Of a DNA stretch of 64,000 bases, positions 16,685 to 25,080 are shown piece by piece. The DNA comes from Candidatus Omnitrophota bacterium (lineage in GTDB: Bacteria; Omnitrophota; Omnitrophia; Omnitrophales; JACQQS01). The stretch covers positions 208 to 64,207 of the forward strand of contig JACQQS010000052.1 of the NCBI GenBank assembly GCA_016206925.1, read 5' to 3'. The position numbers and the translations under genes were made by a program. Each line of letters begins with the position of its first letter. The first letter of the stretch is position 1. The notes beneath the pieces were generated by a model. That model was not told the origin of the DNA. It ran no database searches and worked only from the letters and a program-made list of their open reading frames with translations.

Positions 16685-18601
16685 CTAAGCAGTTGCTTTT
16701 CTAAGGCGGAGGTGGCCGAGTTCGATGCCGCGCTCGGTGCCTAAGTCGCGGAAATGCCAGGAAAGTTTGGCTTCCTTCTTCTGATCGGCGTCATGAATGG
16801 CGGGCGTAGCGGCAATTTGAAGCAGATTTTCCGGCACGATGCCGAATGCGGCCCAGGACAGGGCGGCTTCGATGCGGTAACCGCCGGCGGTTAGTTTCAT
16901 GGCAAGCTTTGTGGTTTCATTCAACTCAATTTCCTTCTCTTCGCCCCAGTTGTAGAGCCGCGGGCGTTTTGTCTTGGGATCAAAGCTGAACCCGAATTGC
17001 GGGTCGCGCGGCGATTTCCAGCGGAACCCGTCACCGTCAAGATCCATGAAAAGCTCAAGCAAATCATCTTTGTAGCTGTAGCGGACCGTCCGCTTGGCCA
17101 CGATTTGATCGTCATGAACGGCAGCCGCAATAAAAAGATGGGTTTCGTCCCATAGAAACGAAACATTGGCGCTCAGGTCATCCCGGTCTCGAACCACGCC
17201 GTAGTCAATGTGTTTAGCATCCGCCAGCATAATTTGTTCGGTGATTCCCCATTCGTTCAGGTCTCCGTCGACAGAAATGGCCTGCTCACCCCGGTGCGTA
17301 ACCGTGTATTCCGGCGCTTTTGAAAGGGCGGGCTCCATTGTGCCTTCGACAAATCCGGCAAGCGCCAGGCCGCGTTTTACGTTTTCATTTTGCATGAAAA
17401 GTCTCCAGATCAGCCCGGTGCGGTAATTTTCAATCATGGAAAGAAGCGCGCCGGCATCGATGCCGATAACCGATTTGGAGCGCCAGTCGCGGTCGAGATT
17501 CATGGAATCACTGAATCCGTAGCGGCCCCACATTTTATCCTTCAAATTCGAATAGACCTTTCGCATCTGCGCGATCGAAAGCTCCGGCTCGAAAACGATT
17601 GATGCTCCCGAAACCAGGGGCGAAATCGTCCCATCGTGCGAATTCCTGTCGCTTGCGCCGTAGGCCTTGTATCCGGCCGGGCCGTCGTAGGCACTCAGGC
17701 CCCAATATCCTTCGGCATACGTTTTAAATTCAGCGGCGTTGTTTTCGGAAAATTTCTTATTGGCCCGTGTGGCACGCCTTGAATTTTCAAAATAATCGGC
17801 AACGCCGTCATTTTTATTCCGCAAGTCCAGCCAGACCTGCGGATATTGATGGATGAATAGCGGACCGGCAAACATGAAAGTTTCGCCTTCCCGCTCCGCA
17901 ACCGGTTTCTTGACCTTGCTCCAGCTGTCATTCGGCACGGGATACGTTGGCGAACCGGTCGCCAGAATATATAGGAGGAGGCCCTCGGCAAATCCGGACC
18001 AGTAGGAAGGCAGAAATCCGCTTTCCTTCTGCCAGCCCATGCAGAGATAAGTCGTGCGGTTCCGCATCCAGTTAAAATCAACGCGCTCGTAGATGGATTT
18101 TGCAATTTCCGCAGCTTTCGTTCCGGGGAAATATTCGGCGGCTGTAAGCATCCCCGCCAGGAGCAGGGCCGTATCGATTGAAGAAAGTTCGGACTCGTAC
18201 ACATTTTTACCTTCGCGGCCTTCGAGAAAATGATAGAAGAAACCGTGCTGAGTCTCCGCGCGTTCGGAGAAAAATCGCAGCGCCGTAAGAATCCGCTCAT
18301 AGGCTTCTTTATTGCTGATCCAGCCCCGCTCGGAACCGATGATGAACGCGTTTATGCCGAATCCGGTGGCGGCAATGCTCGTTCGCAATTCGCGGAGCGG
18401 CTGGCCGTGATTGGCCGAGCTGTCATTGATCAAGCCTGTTTCGGGATGGTACTCGTTTAAAAAATAGCGGAACGTCTGCTTCTCGACCATATCCAGAAAT
18501 GCATCCGAATTTTCGGTTGCTTTAGGATCTTCTCCTGCGGCGAATACCGGTGAATTCAGGAGAAGGGAAGCGATTAGAATGCTAAGGGTTATCGTTCTCA
18601 T
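16685..18601 (-). CDS. secreted PF10091/COG5368 'putative glucoamylase' (GH144-like) glycosidase with a C-terminal CBM9-like domain
   Basis: 638 aa with a signal peptide (MRTITLSILIASLLLNSPVFAAG). Catalytic-domain motifs are shared with the 30390-34133 paralog: SIAATGF, GFFYHFL, ELSSIDTALLLAG, IENYRTGLIW. The C-terminus (ISVDGDLNEW...LWDETHLFIAAAVHDD) is CBM9-like. Confidence 0.7.
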   Translation of the reverse strand: MRTITLSILIASLLLNSPVFAAGEDPKATENSDAFLDMVEKQTFRYFLNEYHPETGLINDSSANHGQPLRELRTSIAATGFGINAFIIGSERGWISNKEAYERILTALRFFSERAETQHGFFYHFLEGREGKNVYESELSSIDTALLLAGMLTAAEYFPGTKAAEIAKSIYERVDFNWMRNRTTYLCMGWQKESGFLPSYWSGFAEGLLLYILATGSPTYPVPNDSWSKVKKPVAEREGETFMFAGPLFIHQYPQVWLDLRNKNDGVADYFENSRRATRANKKFSENNAAEFKTYAEGYWGLSAYDGPAGYKAYGASDRNSHDGTISPLVSGASIVFEPELSIAQMRKVYSNLKDKMWGRYGFSDSMNLDRDWRSKSVIGIDAGALLSMIENYRTGLIWRLFMQNENVKRGLALAGFVEGTMEPALSKAPEYTVTHRGEQAISVDGDLNEWGITEQIMLADAKHIDYGVVRDRDDLSANVSFLWDETHLFIAAAVHDDQIVAKRTVRYSYKDDLLELFMDLDGDGFRWKSPRDPQFGFSFDPKTKRPRLYNWGEEKEIELNETTKLAMKLTAGGYRIEAALSWAAFGIVPENLLQIAATPAIHDADQKKEAKLSWHFRDLGTERGIELGHLRLRKATA

Positions 18602-18784
18602 ACCGCTTGATTAAGCGCTGGTCGGGCGCCGCTTGTTCGAGCGGCGGTCGGCCGCTTAGTCCGGCGGTACCGAACGGTCGGTTCGGCGCTTGGTCAGGCG
18701 GTACCGTGCGATCGGCACGGTAATGCTCTTAAAGTATGCCATAGGGTGTTAATACGTCCAATGGGGGTGGGTGAGTTGTCATTA

Positions 18785-18860
18785 TTGACAAGGATCGATA
18801 AAGAGTGTTGCTCTGTGCGCATGCTTGAGCAAATCCGCGTGAAAAATTTCGCGCTTGTCG
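18785..18860 (+). repeat. duplicated recN promoter plus first 14 codons (fragment)
   Basis: 18821-18849 is identical (29/29 nt) to the recN start at 21289-21317. The upstream TTGACAA and CTCTGT boxes are collinear with 21254-21288. The following codons differ synonymously (NFAL). Confidence 0.8.
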
Positions 18861-18861
18861 T

Positions 18862-21153
18862 CTATTTCGTCTCCAAAGGTTTTGCCACCAGAATTACTTT
18901 GCTAAAAATCTTATCGCGGCCTTCCACACGCACATCATCGACAGCGGCTTCCACGTTCGAATCGGGCAGGGCATCCCGGACGCGTATTCGAATCTGCATT
19001 TGCGCGGAAAAGACGAACGAACGGGACTGTTTGGCGACAAGTTCGACGCGCTCAAACGCGCCGGTCCCCAGCGCTTCTATGTTGGTTGTGGTGATCGTAT
19101 CTAAGATCAAAAAACTGCTTCCACCGTTATTGCTGAGCGAAACTTCAAACGAATCTTCGTTGCCGGTGCTGTCCGTGATAAAGCGGCGGTAGAAAAGAAT
19201 GTTCAACGACCGCCAACGGCGGGCATCAAATACAGGAGAATAAAGCGACGTAAATCCGCCATCCAAATCCTGAATCGACGGTCCGCTTGGAGCGCTGACT
19301 GTGCGGTTTCCGGTTACATAAGCCATATGACCATCGAGGAGAGAATGGTCAAATTCCGGGGCAAACGCGCGGAAGCGTAAACTTCCCAGCGTGTCCTGAA
19401 ACGTTCCCGCCGGGTCGGCGCGCTCCCAGCGCCCGTCGGTGGCCGTGTCCGAATCTTGAAGCCGGTCGATGGTCCATCCTTTGTCGGATTCGAAATTATC
19501 TTCGAAAAGAACCTGCCAGCGTAATTCCCGCGTGTTTGCCGCGAGGGGTCGTGGAAAAAGTTCGACATTCAAATCGCTGGGTCCGTTGCCGACGTGAACC
19601 AGTATTGTTTGTTCCACATAATTGGGAGCTCGAAATGTAACGGTATAGTCTCCGGGAACAGCCGTGATGTGAAAATAGCCGAAACGAGGATTGCTTACGC
19701 GAACCTCTCCGCTGGGGTGGGTTATTTCATCGATGATAATCTCCGCAACAACCGGCTTTCCTGACCCCGCCTCCCGCACATGGCCCGATATGGCCGGTCC
19801 GTTCATGCGCTGTAGTAAATATGCCCACCCCGGGCGTTGGCCGAAGACAATAGGATTACGCCAAGTATTGTAATTGGGCTGAAATCCCAGACCGGAGCGT
19901 GTAGTTTCTACCACAAAAGCAATGGTCCCTTGTGAAAAGTATTGCCAGTCACGATCTACGCCGTCCACCGGATAAAGCGCTGGGCTTGAACCATATCCTG
20001 CTGTGCCGTTATCTCGAATAATATGTGAAGCAAATTCGCGCGCAATCACGCGGCTCATGCTTTGATCAGGAACGGCGGGTTGGATTAACACATTTTGAGG
20101 AGAAGCGAAAGAATTGCTGCTAAGGGCATACAACACCACCTCGCCTGTGGAGTGGTAGGATACGCTAAAGACAAACCTTTCCTTTTCGGCCAAGCGCATG
20201 ATGGCCAGCGCCTCCGGCTCAGACCCCGATGACGGCCCGCGATAGGTGGATGAACTTCGTGTTCCCGACGAACCGTTGGCCCAACCACCCCAGTAAAAAG
20301 GATAGTTTCTGTTGAGGTCGACGCCGTCTGAGAAGTTGATCTGACCATTGCCGTCGTTGTCTCGCACATTCTTACGCCAGTTAAGATCTATACCAAACAC
20401 GCGTTCGTTGCCGTCGGGGTTTACAACCGGCACACACCAGATCTCGTATCGATTTATCCAGTCGGTTAGTTCGGCATCGATGTTGTATTGGGTGGTTAGG
20501 CGCAGAATGATGTCCAGCACAATTTCCGGTGTGATGATTTCCCGCGCGTGATGCTGGCCGTTAAATAAAATGGCCGGCTCATCTTCTTCAAGTCCGGCGT
20601 TATCAGAAATCTTGAGCGCCCAAATTGTTCTCCCTTGATGCGACGAGCCGATGGGTACCAAAGCCGTGATGTTGGGAAAAGTTTCGGCAAACTGCCTGAG
20701 CAAAGCTTCGATTTGCGTCGAGGTGTGATACCCGTCATCTATGATGGGAACCGTAAGCGCGTCACTTGCTGCGTATGATCCGGTTACGCCTGATGAATCG
20801 ATTAAACTGATCTGGGCGCCCTGTTCAGCGAGGGAGCCGGAAATTGTTTTGCGGACCGACAGCGCCTTACGTTGGCGTTGGAGTGCCCGGTATTCTTCTG
20901 ACGTAGCCAGCAACCGGATTTCCCTCGGGCGGACATCAAAACTTTCCGTGTCTAAGCCGGTGCGTGCAAGGTCATGAAGCGTGCCTTGAGTTTCCTGGTT
21001 GCTTGCCACGGAAATACTCAGCTCGTAATACACATCGGGCGGGGAAGAAGTTTCGCCGCGCACGTCGGCCGCAAGAAAAAACATAACCGCGCCCGCCAGC
21101 GTCACCACCGCCAAAATAAAGCGGGAGGCGATTAGGAATCGATGTCTCATCAC
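18862..21153 (-). CDS. M14-family zinc carboxypeptidase with carboxypeptidase-regulatory-like and MAM/LamG-like C-terminal domains
   Basis: 763 aa with an N-terminal signal/anchor. Zinc motif NGQHHAREIITPE and the motif VVNPDGNERVF. The ISGHVREAGSGKPV region is a beta-sandwich. Confidence 0.85.
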   Translation of the reverse strand: MMRHRFLIASRFILAVVTLAGAVMFFLAADVRGETSSPPDVYYELSISVASNQETQGTLHDLARTGLDTESFDVRPREIRLLATSEEYRALQRQRKALSVRKTISGSLAEQGAQISLIDSSGVTGSYAASDALTVPIIDDGYHTSTQIEALLRQFAETFPNITALVPIGSSHQGRTIWALKISDNAGLEEDEPAILFNGQHHAREIITPEIVLDIILRLTTQYNIDAELTDWINRYEIWCVPVVNPDGNERVFGIDLNWRKNVRDNDGNGQINFSDGVDLNRNYPFYWGGWANGSSGTRSSSTYRGPSSGSEPEALAIMRLAEKERFVFSVSYHSTGEVVLYALSSNSFASPQNVLIQPAVPDQSMSRVIAREFASHIIRDNGTAGYGSSPALYPVDGVDRDWQYFSQGTIAFVVETTRSGLGFQPNYNTWRNPIVFGQRPGWAYLLQRMNGPAISGHVREAGSGKPVVAEIIIDEITHPSGEVRVSNPRFGYFHITAVPGDYTVTFRAPNYVEQTILVHVGNGPSDLNVELFPRPLAANTRELRWQVLFEDNFESDKGWTIDRLQDSDTATDGRWERADPAGTFQDTLGSLRFRAFAPEFDHSLLDGHMAYVTGNRTVSAPSGPSIQDLDGGFTSLYSPVFDARRWRSLNILFYRRFITDSTGNEDSFEVSLSNNGGSSFLILDTITTTNIEALGTGAFERVELVAKQSRSFVFSAQMQIRIRVRDALPDSNVEAAVDDVRVEGRDKIFSKVILVAKPLETK

Positions 21154-21288
21154 AAAAGTATGTCATATACTTCCGTGTTTTGCCAATGTTAATAACCTGC
21201 TGTAATTAAAGAAGCCTTGATTCCTGCGAAAATTTCCTGTTTTGCCGATCTCGTTGACAAAGACCAGCAAGCCGATTACTCTGTCAAC

Positions 21289-22713
21289 ATGCTTGAGCAA
21301 ATCCGCGTGAAAAATTTTGCCCTGATCGATGACCTCACCCTCGAATTTCATCCGCGTCTGAACGTCTTTACCGGTGAAACAGGGGCGGGCAAAACCATTT
21401 TAATTGACGCGCTTTCAGCCGTACTCGGCGAAAGGTTGGATCTTGTTTCGCTTCGCTTGAAAGAAGAAGGTTGTCTCACCGAAGCTGTATTTAATGTCGT
21501 AAAGACAACGAGGACCAGGGGTAACGTGTTCGGCGCGTGGTTCGGCGAAGATGCCGGAAAGAGGCGCGAACTTGAAGAACTCCGAAGTCTTGAAGCCGGC
21601 CGCGAGCGAGAAATAGATCTTTTGAAATTTCAAATCGGTGAAATCAGCAGAGTAAATCCAAAGCCCGATGAAGACGCAAAATTAAAGGAAGAACATATCC
21701 GCCTTGCCAATGCGGAGAAACTTTACGAGAAGGCCGCGCATGTAGTCGACAGGCTATCGGAAGGGGAGGGCTCGGCGATCGAGCAGATTGGCCAGTGCTC
21801 GAAATTTCTCTCCGAACTTGCCGCCATCGATTCTTCATTAAAGCCGCTCACGCAGGAAATCGAATCGGTTGAAAGCGGTTTGGATGAAATCGCGCGTTCC
21901 GTGCGCGATTATCAGGACTCCATTTCCTTCGATGCCGACCGGTTAAAAGCGGTTGAAGAGAGGATAGATGCCCTTGCCACAGTAAAGCGTAAGTACGGCG
22001 GAAGTCTCGAGGCCGCTCTTACTTTTTTGACGGAGTCCAAAAAACGATTGTCCCTCCTTGAAAATTCCGAAGTGAGAGGTAAGGAACTTGAGAAATCGCT
22101 CGCCGAACTTGAAACGAAGGTAAGGCGAGCAGGTAAAAAGCTTTCCGAAGAACGTTCCGAGGCTGCCGCTAAGCTAAAGAGTTTGATCGAAAGAGAATTG
22201 AAAGATTTGGGTATTGCTCACGCGCGATTTGAATGCCGCGTGGAAAAATCCGAACCGGCCGAAACCGGTTGTGAGCGCGTTGAATTTTACATCAGCCCCA
22301 ATTTGGGCGAGGAGATGCTTCCGCTTGCCAAAATTATTTCCGGAGGCGAGGCGTCGCGTGTGATGCTCGCACTCAAGCGTGCTTTGATTGATTCCGATGA
22401 AATTCCGACGATGATTTTCGACGAAATTGATACCAATATCGGCGGGCGGCTAGGCTCGGTCGTCGGCGAAAAACTGGCTGAAATTGCCAAGAAGCATCAA
22501 GTACTGCTTGTGACGCATCTACCTCAAATTGCTTCCTTTGCGGATCAGCACATCAAGGTTTCTAAGTCCGTTGAAGGAAAGCGTACAAAGACACATTACG
22601 CCGTGATCGATAGTGAAGCACGCGTGCGCGAACTGGCCGAGATGATGGCCGGTGAGAAAAAATCTGAAGTTGCAACCAAACATGCGCGCGAAATGCTCGC
22701 CGCACAACGATGA
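21289..22713 (+). CDS. recN: DNA repair protein RecN, unusually short (474 aa)
   Basis: MLEQIRVKNFALIDDLTLEF, Walker A GETGAGKTI, signature ISGGEASRVMLALK, Walker B MIFDEIDTNIGG, H-loop VTHLPQIA. The start is taken at the conserved MLxxLxIxNFA, not at track position 21217. Confidence 0.8.
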   Translation: MLEQIRVKNFALIDDLTLEFHPRLNVFTGETGAGKTILIDALSAVLGERLDLVSLRLKEEGCLTEAVFNVVKTTRTRGNVFGAWFGEDAGKRRELEELRSLEAGREREIDLLKFQIGEISRVNPKPDEDAKLKEEHIRLANAEKLYEKAAHVVDRLSEGEGSAIEQIGQCSKFLSELAAIDSSLKPLTQEIESVESGLDEIARSVRDYQDSISFDADRLKAVEERIDALATVKRKYGGSLEAALTFLTESKKRLSLLENSEVRGKELEKSLAELETKVRRAGKKLSEERSEAAAKLKSLIERELKDLGIAHARFECRVEKSEPAETGCERVEFYISPNLGEEMLPLAKIISGGEASRVMLALKRALIDSDEIPTMIFDEIDTNIGGRLGSVVGEKLAEIAKKHQVLLVTHLPQIASFADQHIKVSKSVEGKRTKTHYAVIDSEARVRELAEMMAGEKKSEVATKHAREMLAAQR

Positions 22714-22728
22714 GATAGGCAAAACCGT

Positions 22729-23004
22729 ATGATTTCACCCGATGAAGTTCAGAAAATGCTTGAGGATGCTTTTCCCGATGCCGAGATTACCGTTTCGGAC
22801 ATGACCGGCTCAATGGATCATTTCGACATCGAAGTTGTATCGCCAGCTTTTGCGGGGCTTACGCTCATTAAACAGCACCGACTGGTCCAGCAGCCGCTTC
22901 AAGCCGCGCTCGCCGACGGCCGCATCCACGCCATCGCCATCAAAACCTGCACTCCGGAGCAACGGAAGAAAGCGCAGGGCGGCGGCGGACTGAACGTGCT
23001 CTAG
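22729..23004 (+). CDS. bolA: BolA-family protein
   Basis: 91 aa. DMTGSMDHFDIEVVSPAFAGLTLIKQHRLV is typical of BolA. Confidence 0.8.
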   Translation: MISPDEVQKMLEDAFPDAEITVSDMTGSMDHFDIEVVSPAFAGLTLIKQHRLVQQPLQAALADGRIHAIAIKTCTPEQRKKAQGGGGLNVL

Positions 23005-24173
23005 CCTTTCACACACAATACTTGTTTCAATTTCGCTTTAACGCACACCAAGTCTTCCTGATCCTTCATGACTTGGTCGATGTTTTTGTAGGCGCCCGGA
23101 ATTTCATCGAGGACGCCGCGGTCCTTGCGGCATTCCACGTCTTTGGTCTGTTCCCGAAGGTCATTTTCCGTAAATTTCTTCTTGGCTGCATGCCGGCTCA
23201 TGCGCCGTCCTGCGCCGTGTGAACAGCTCATGAAACTCTCGGGGTTTCCGAGCCCTTCCACAATGTATGAGGCGGTGCCCATCGAACCGGGAATAATGCC
23301 GAGCTGTCCCTGCCGCGCGCTTACAGCGCCTTTGCGTGTGACGTAGACCTTTTCTCCGAAGTGTTCCTCATGCGCAACGTAATTATGGTGGCAATTCACA
23401 CGCATGAGAATAGGAAACGGTTTTCCTTCGTTTAATTCGCGTGCGAGTACTTGAATAATGCGCTCCACCATAATTTCGCGGTTTTCCAGAGCGTAATGCT
23501 GGCACCATTCGACATCGCGGAGATACGATTTAAATTCCGGATCTTTGGTGGTGAAATAAGCGAGATCCCGATCGGGAATTTTAAATTCCTGCCTCGCCAT
23601 AATTCGTTTGGCTTCATGAATGTGAACGTCGGCGATACTTTTCCCGATGTGGCGCGAACCCGAATGAAGCAAAATCCATACATTATTCTCCGTGTCGAGG
23701 CAGATTTCGATGAAATGGTTCCCACCGCCAAGCGAGCCGAGCTGTTCCATCGCTCTTTTCTTTAAATCACTTACTTTGCCGGTAAGCTCATGAAATAATT
23801 TCCAGCCTTCCCAGCTCTGGGCACGGCCTTCGATATGCCTGTTCCCTTCAAATCCAACAGGAATGTCGCGCTCGATGCGTTGGCGGATTTTGCCTAATTT
23901 TCCTTCTAGATCACTCGCGTGAAAATGTGTTTTAACGGCGCACATGCCGCAGCCGATATCCACGCCGACAGCGGCCGGCATAACGGCGGTCTTGGAAGGA
24001 ATCACCGCACCGATCGTTGCGCCAAGCCCCCAGTGCACGTCCGGCATGACGGCAACGTGCTTATAAATGAAGGGCAGCGAAGCCAGATTCTCGAGCTGGC
24101 GTATTGCCTCCGCTTCAATGTCTTTGGTCCAGACTTTCACCGGAACTTTGTTTTCCAAAACCGTTTGAATCAT
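23001..24173 (-). CDS. rtcB: RNA ligase RtcB
   Basis: 390 aa. Motifs PDVHWG, VGVDIGCGM, GGGNHFIEI, HSGSRHIG, NCHHNY and SCSHGAGR. Confidence 0.92.
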   Translation of the reverse strand: MIQTVLENKVPVKVWTKDIEAEAIRQLENLASLPFIYKHVAVMPDVHWGLGATIGAVIPSKTAVMPAAVGVDIGCGMCAVKTHFHASDLEGKLGKIRQRIERDIPVGFEGNRHIEGRAQSWEGWKLFHELTGKVSDLKKRAMEQLGSLGGGNHFIEICLDTENNVWILLHSGSRHIGKSIADVHIHEAKRIMARQEFKIPDRDLAYFTTKDPEFKSYLRDVEWCQHYALENREIMVERIIQVLARELNEGKPFPILMRVNCHHNYVAHEEHFGEKVYVTRKGAVSARQGQLGIIPGSMGTASYIVEGLGNPESFMSCSHGAGRRMSRHAAKKKFTENDLREQTKDVECRKDRGVLDEIPGAYKNIDQVMKDQEDLVCVKAKLKQVLCVKG

Positions 24174-24220
24174 TTGAGTTTCTCTTGCTTATATTCTAAA
24201 CCTTAAGGCAAGCGATTTGA

Positions 24221-24237
24221 GGTGCCAAATTGGCACC
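24221..24237. promoter_or_regulatory. 17-bp palindrome GGTGCCAA-A-TTGGCACC upstream of rtcB
   Basis: Perfect 8-bp arms sit about 50 nt upstream of the rtcB ATG. On the rtcB strand it contains TGGCAC. Confidence 0.35.
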
Positions 24238-24294
24238 CCAAAATGTTCCTTAAATTCCGCGTTCGACGGTTACCTTCAGCGCCACTCGATACAA

Positions 24295-24431
24295 AAGGCT
24301 TCAACCGATTGTCCGCGCACCGCTCCAGAATTACCGTCAAAGGTAATTCTGTCGCTCGACTCAGCGCTACTCCGCCATCCGTGGCTTCGTAACGCGCTTC
24401 GACGTGCGCTAAAACAATCGGTTGAAGCCTT
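24295..24431. repeat. 137-bp element bounded by perfect 18-bp inverted repeats (AAGGCTTCAACCGATTGT / ACAATCGGTTGAAGCCTT)
   Basis: The inverted repeats are at 24295-24312 and 24414-24431. An inner GCGCAC/GTGCGC pair and a perfect 9-bp hairpin AGAATTACC-GTCAAA-GGTAATTCT (24328-24351) lie between them. The right repeat encodes the last residues of LeuD. Confidence 0.75.
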
Positions 24432-25080
24432 GGGGTTCCAGTGTGTATTTCAATTGAGGATTATGGTTGGATTCGAAGGAAGAAATAGCCGCTTCTTCCT
24501 TTAGGGTGATGCCAATGTCGTCAAGGCCGTGGAGGAGCCGGGTTTTTAAGGGCGCATCGATATCGAAATGAAAAGACGTTTCCTCGCCGGAATGAATTGT
24601 AAGGCGCTGGTGCTCGAGATCGACCGTTGCCTCGAGATTCGGAAAGCGATCGACCCATTCGAAGATTTTCTGGACTTCCGGTTCGGAAAGCTCGATGGCG
24701 AGAAAACCGTTCTTGCCGCAGTTGGAACGGAAAATATCGGCAAAAGCAGGAACGAGCATGCTGCCGCGCTCTTGTCGCGGCGCGATCACGGCGTGAAAGC
24801 CGTATTGCTGAATGGCCCACACGGCGTGCTCGCGGCTTGAACCGCAGCCAAAGTTATTGCGTGTAACGAGAATCGTCGCGCCCTTAAACCGCGGCGCGTT
24901 TAACTCAAATGCCGGATTCGGTTTTCCGCCCGGCAAATAGCGCCAGTCGAAAAACAGGTTCTCGCCGAAGCCGGTGCGTTTGATCGATTTTAGAAACTGC
25001 TTCGGAATGATCTGGTCGGTATCGACATTTGACCGGTCAAGTGTGGCGATAAGTCCGCGGTGCGATTTAAACGGTTGCAT
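24409..25080 (-). CDS. leuD: 3-isopropylmalate dehydratase small subunit
   Basis: 223 aa from the internal ATG ([31 protein letters not shown]) and the motif GCGSSREHA. The start overlaps the leuC stop by 1 nt. The C-terminal tail runs into the inverted-repeat element. Confidence 0.9.
   Translation of the reverse strand: MQPFKSHRGLIATLDRSNVDTDQIIPKQFLKSIKRTGFGENLFFDWRYLPGGKPNPAFELNAPRFKGATILVTRNNFGCGSSREHAVWAIQQYGFHAVIAPRQERGSMLVPAFADIFRSNCGKNGFLAIELSEPEVQKIFEWVDRFPNLEATVDLEHQRLTIHSGEETSFHFDIDAPLKTRLLHGLDDIGITLKEEAAISSFESNHNPQLKYTLEPQGFNRLF

Noticed and set aside
18746-19192. 148-aa + strand ORF that begins upstream of, and contains, a RecN-like start (MLEQIRVKNFAL).
   Set aside because: Only the first 14 RecN-like codons are meaningful. 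The rest is antisense to the M14 peptidase 3' end and reads as low-complexity sequence. It is interpreted as a recN 5' fragment, not a gene.
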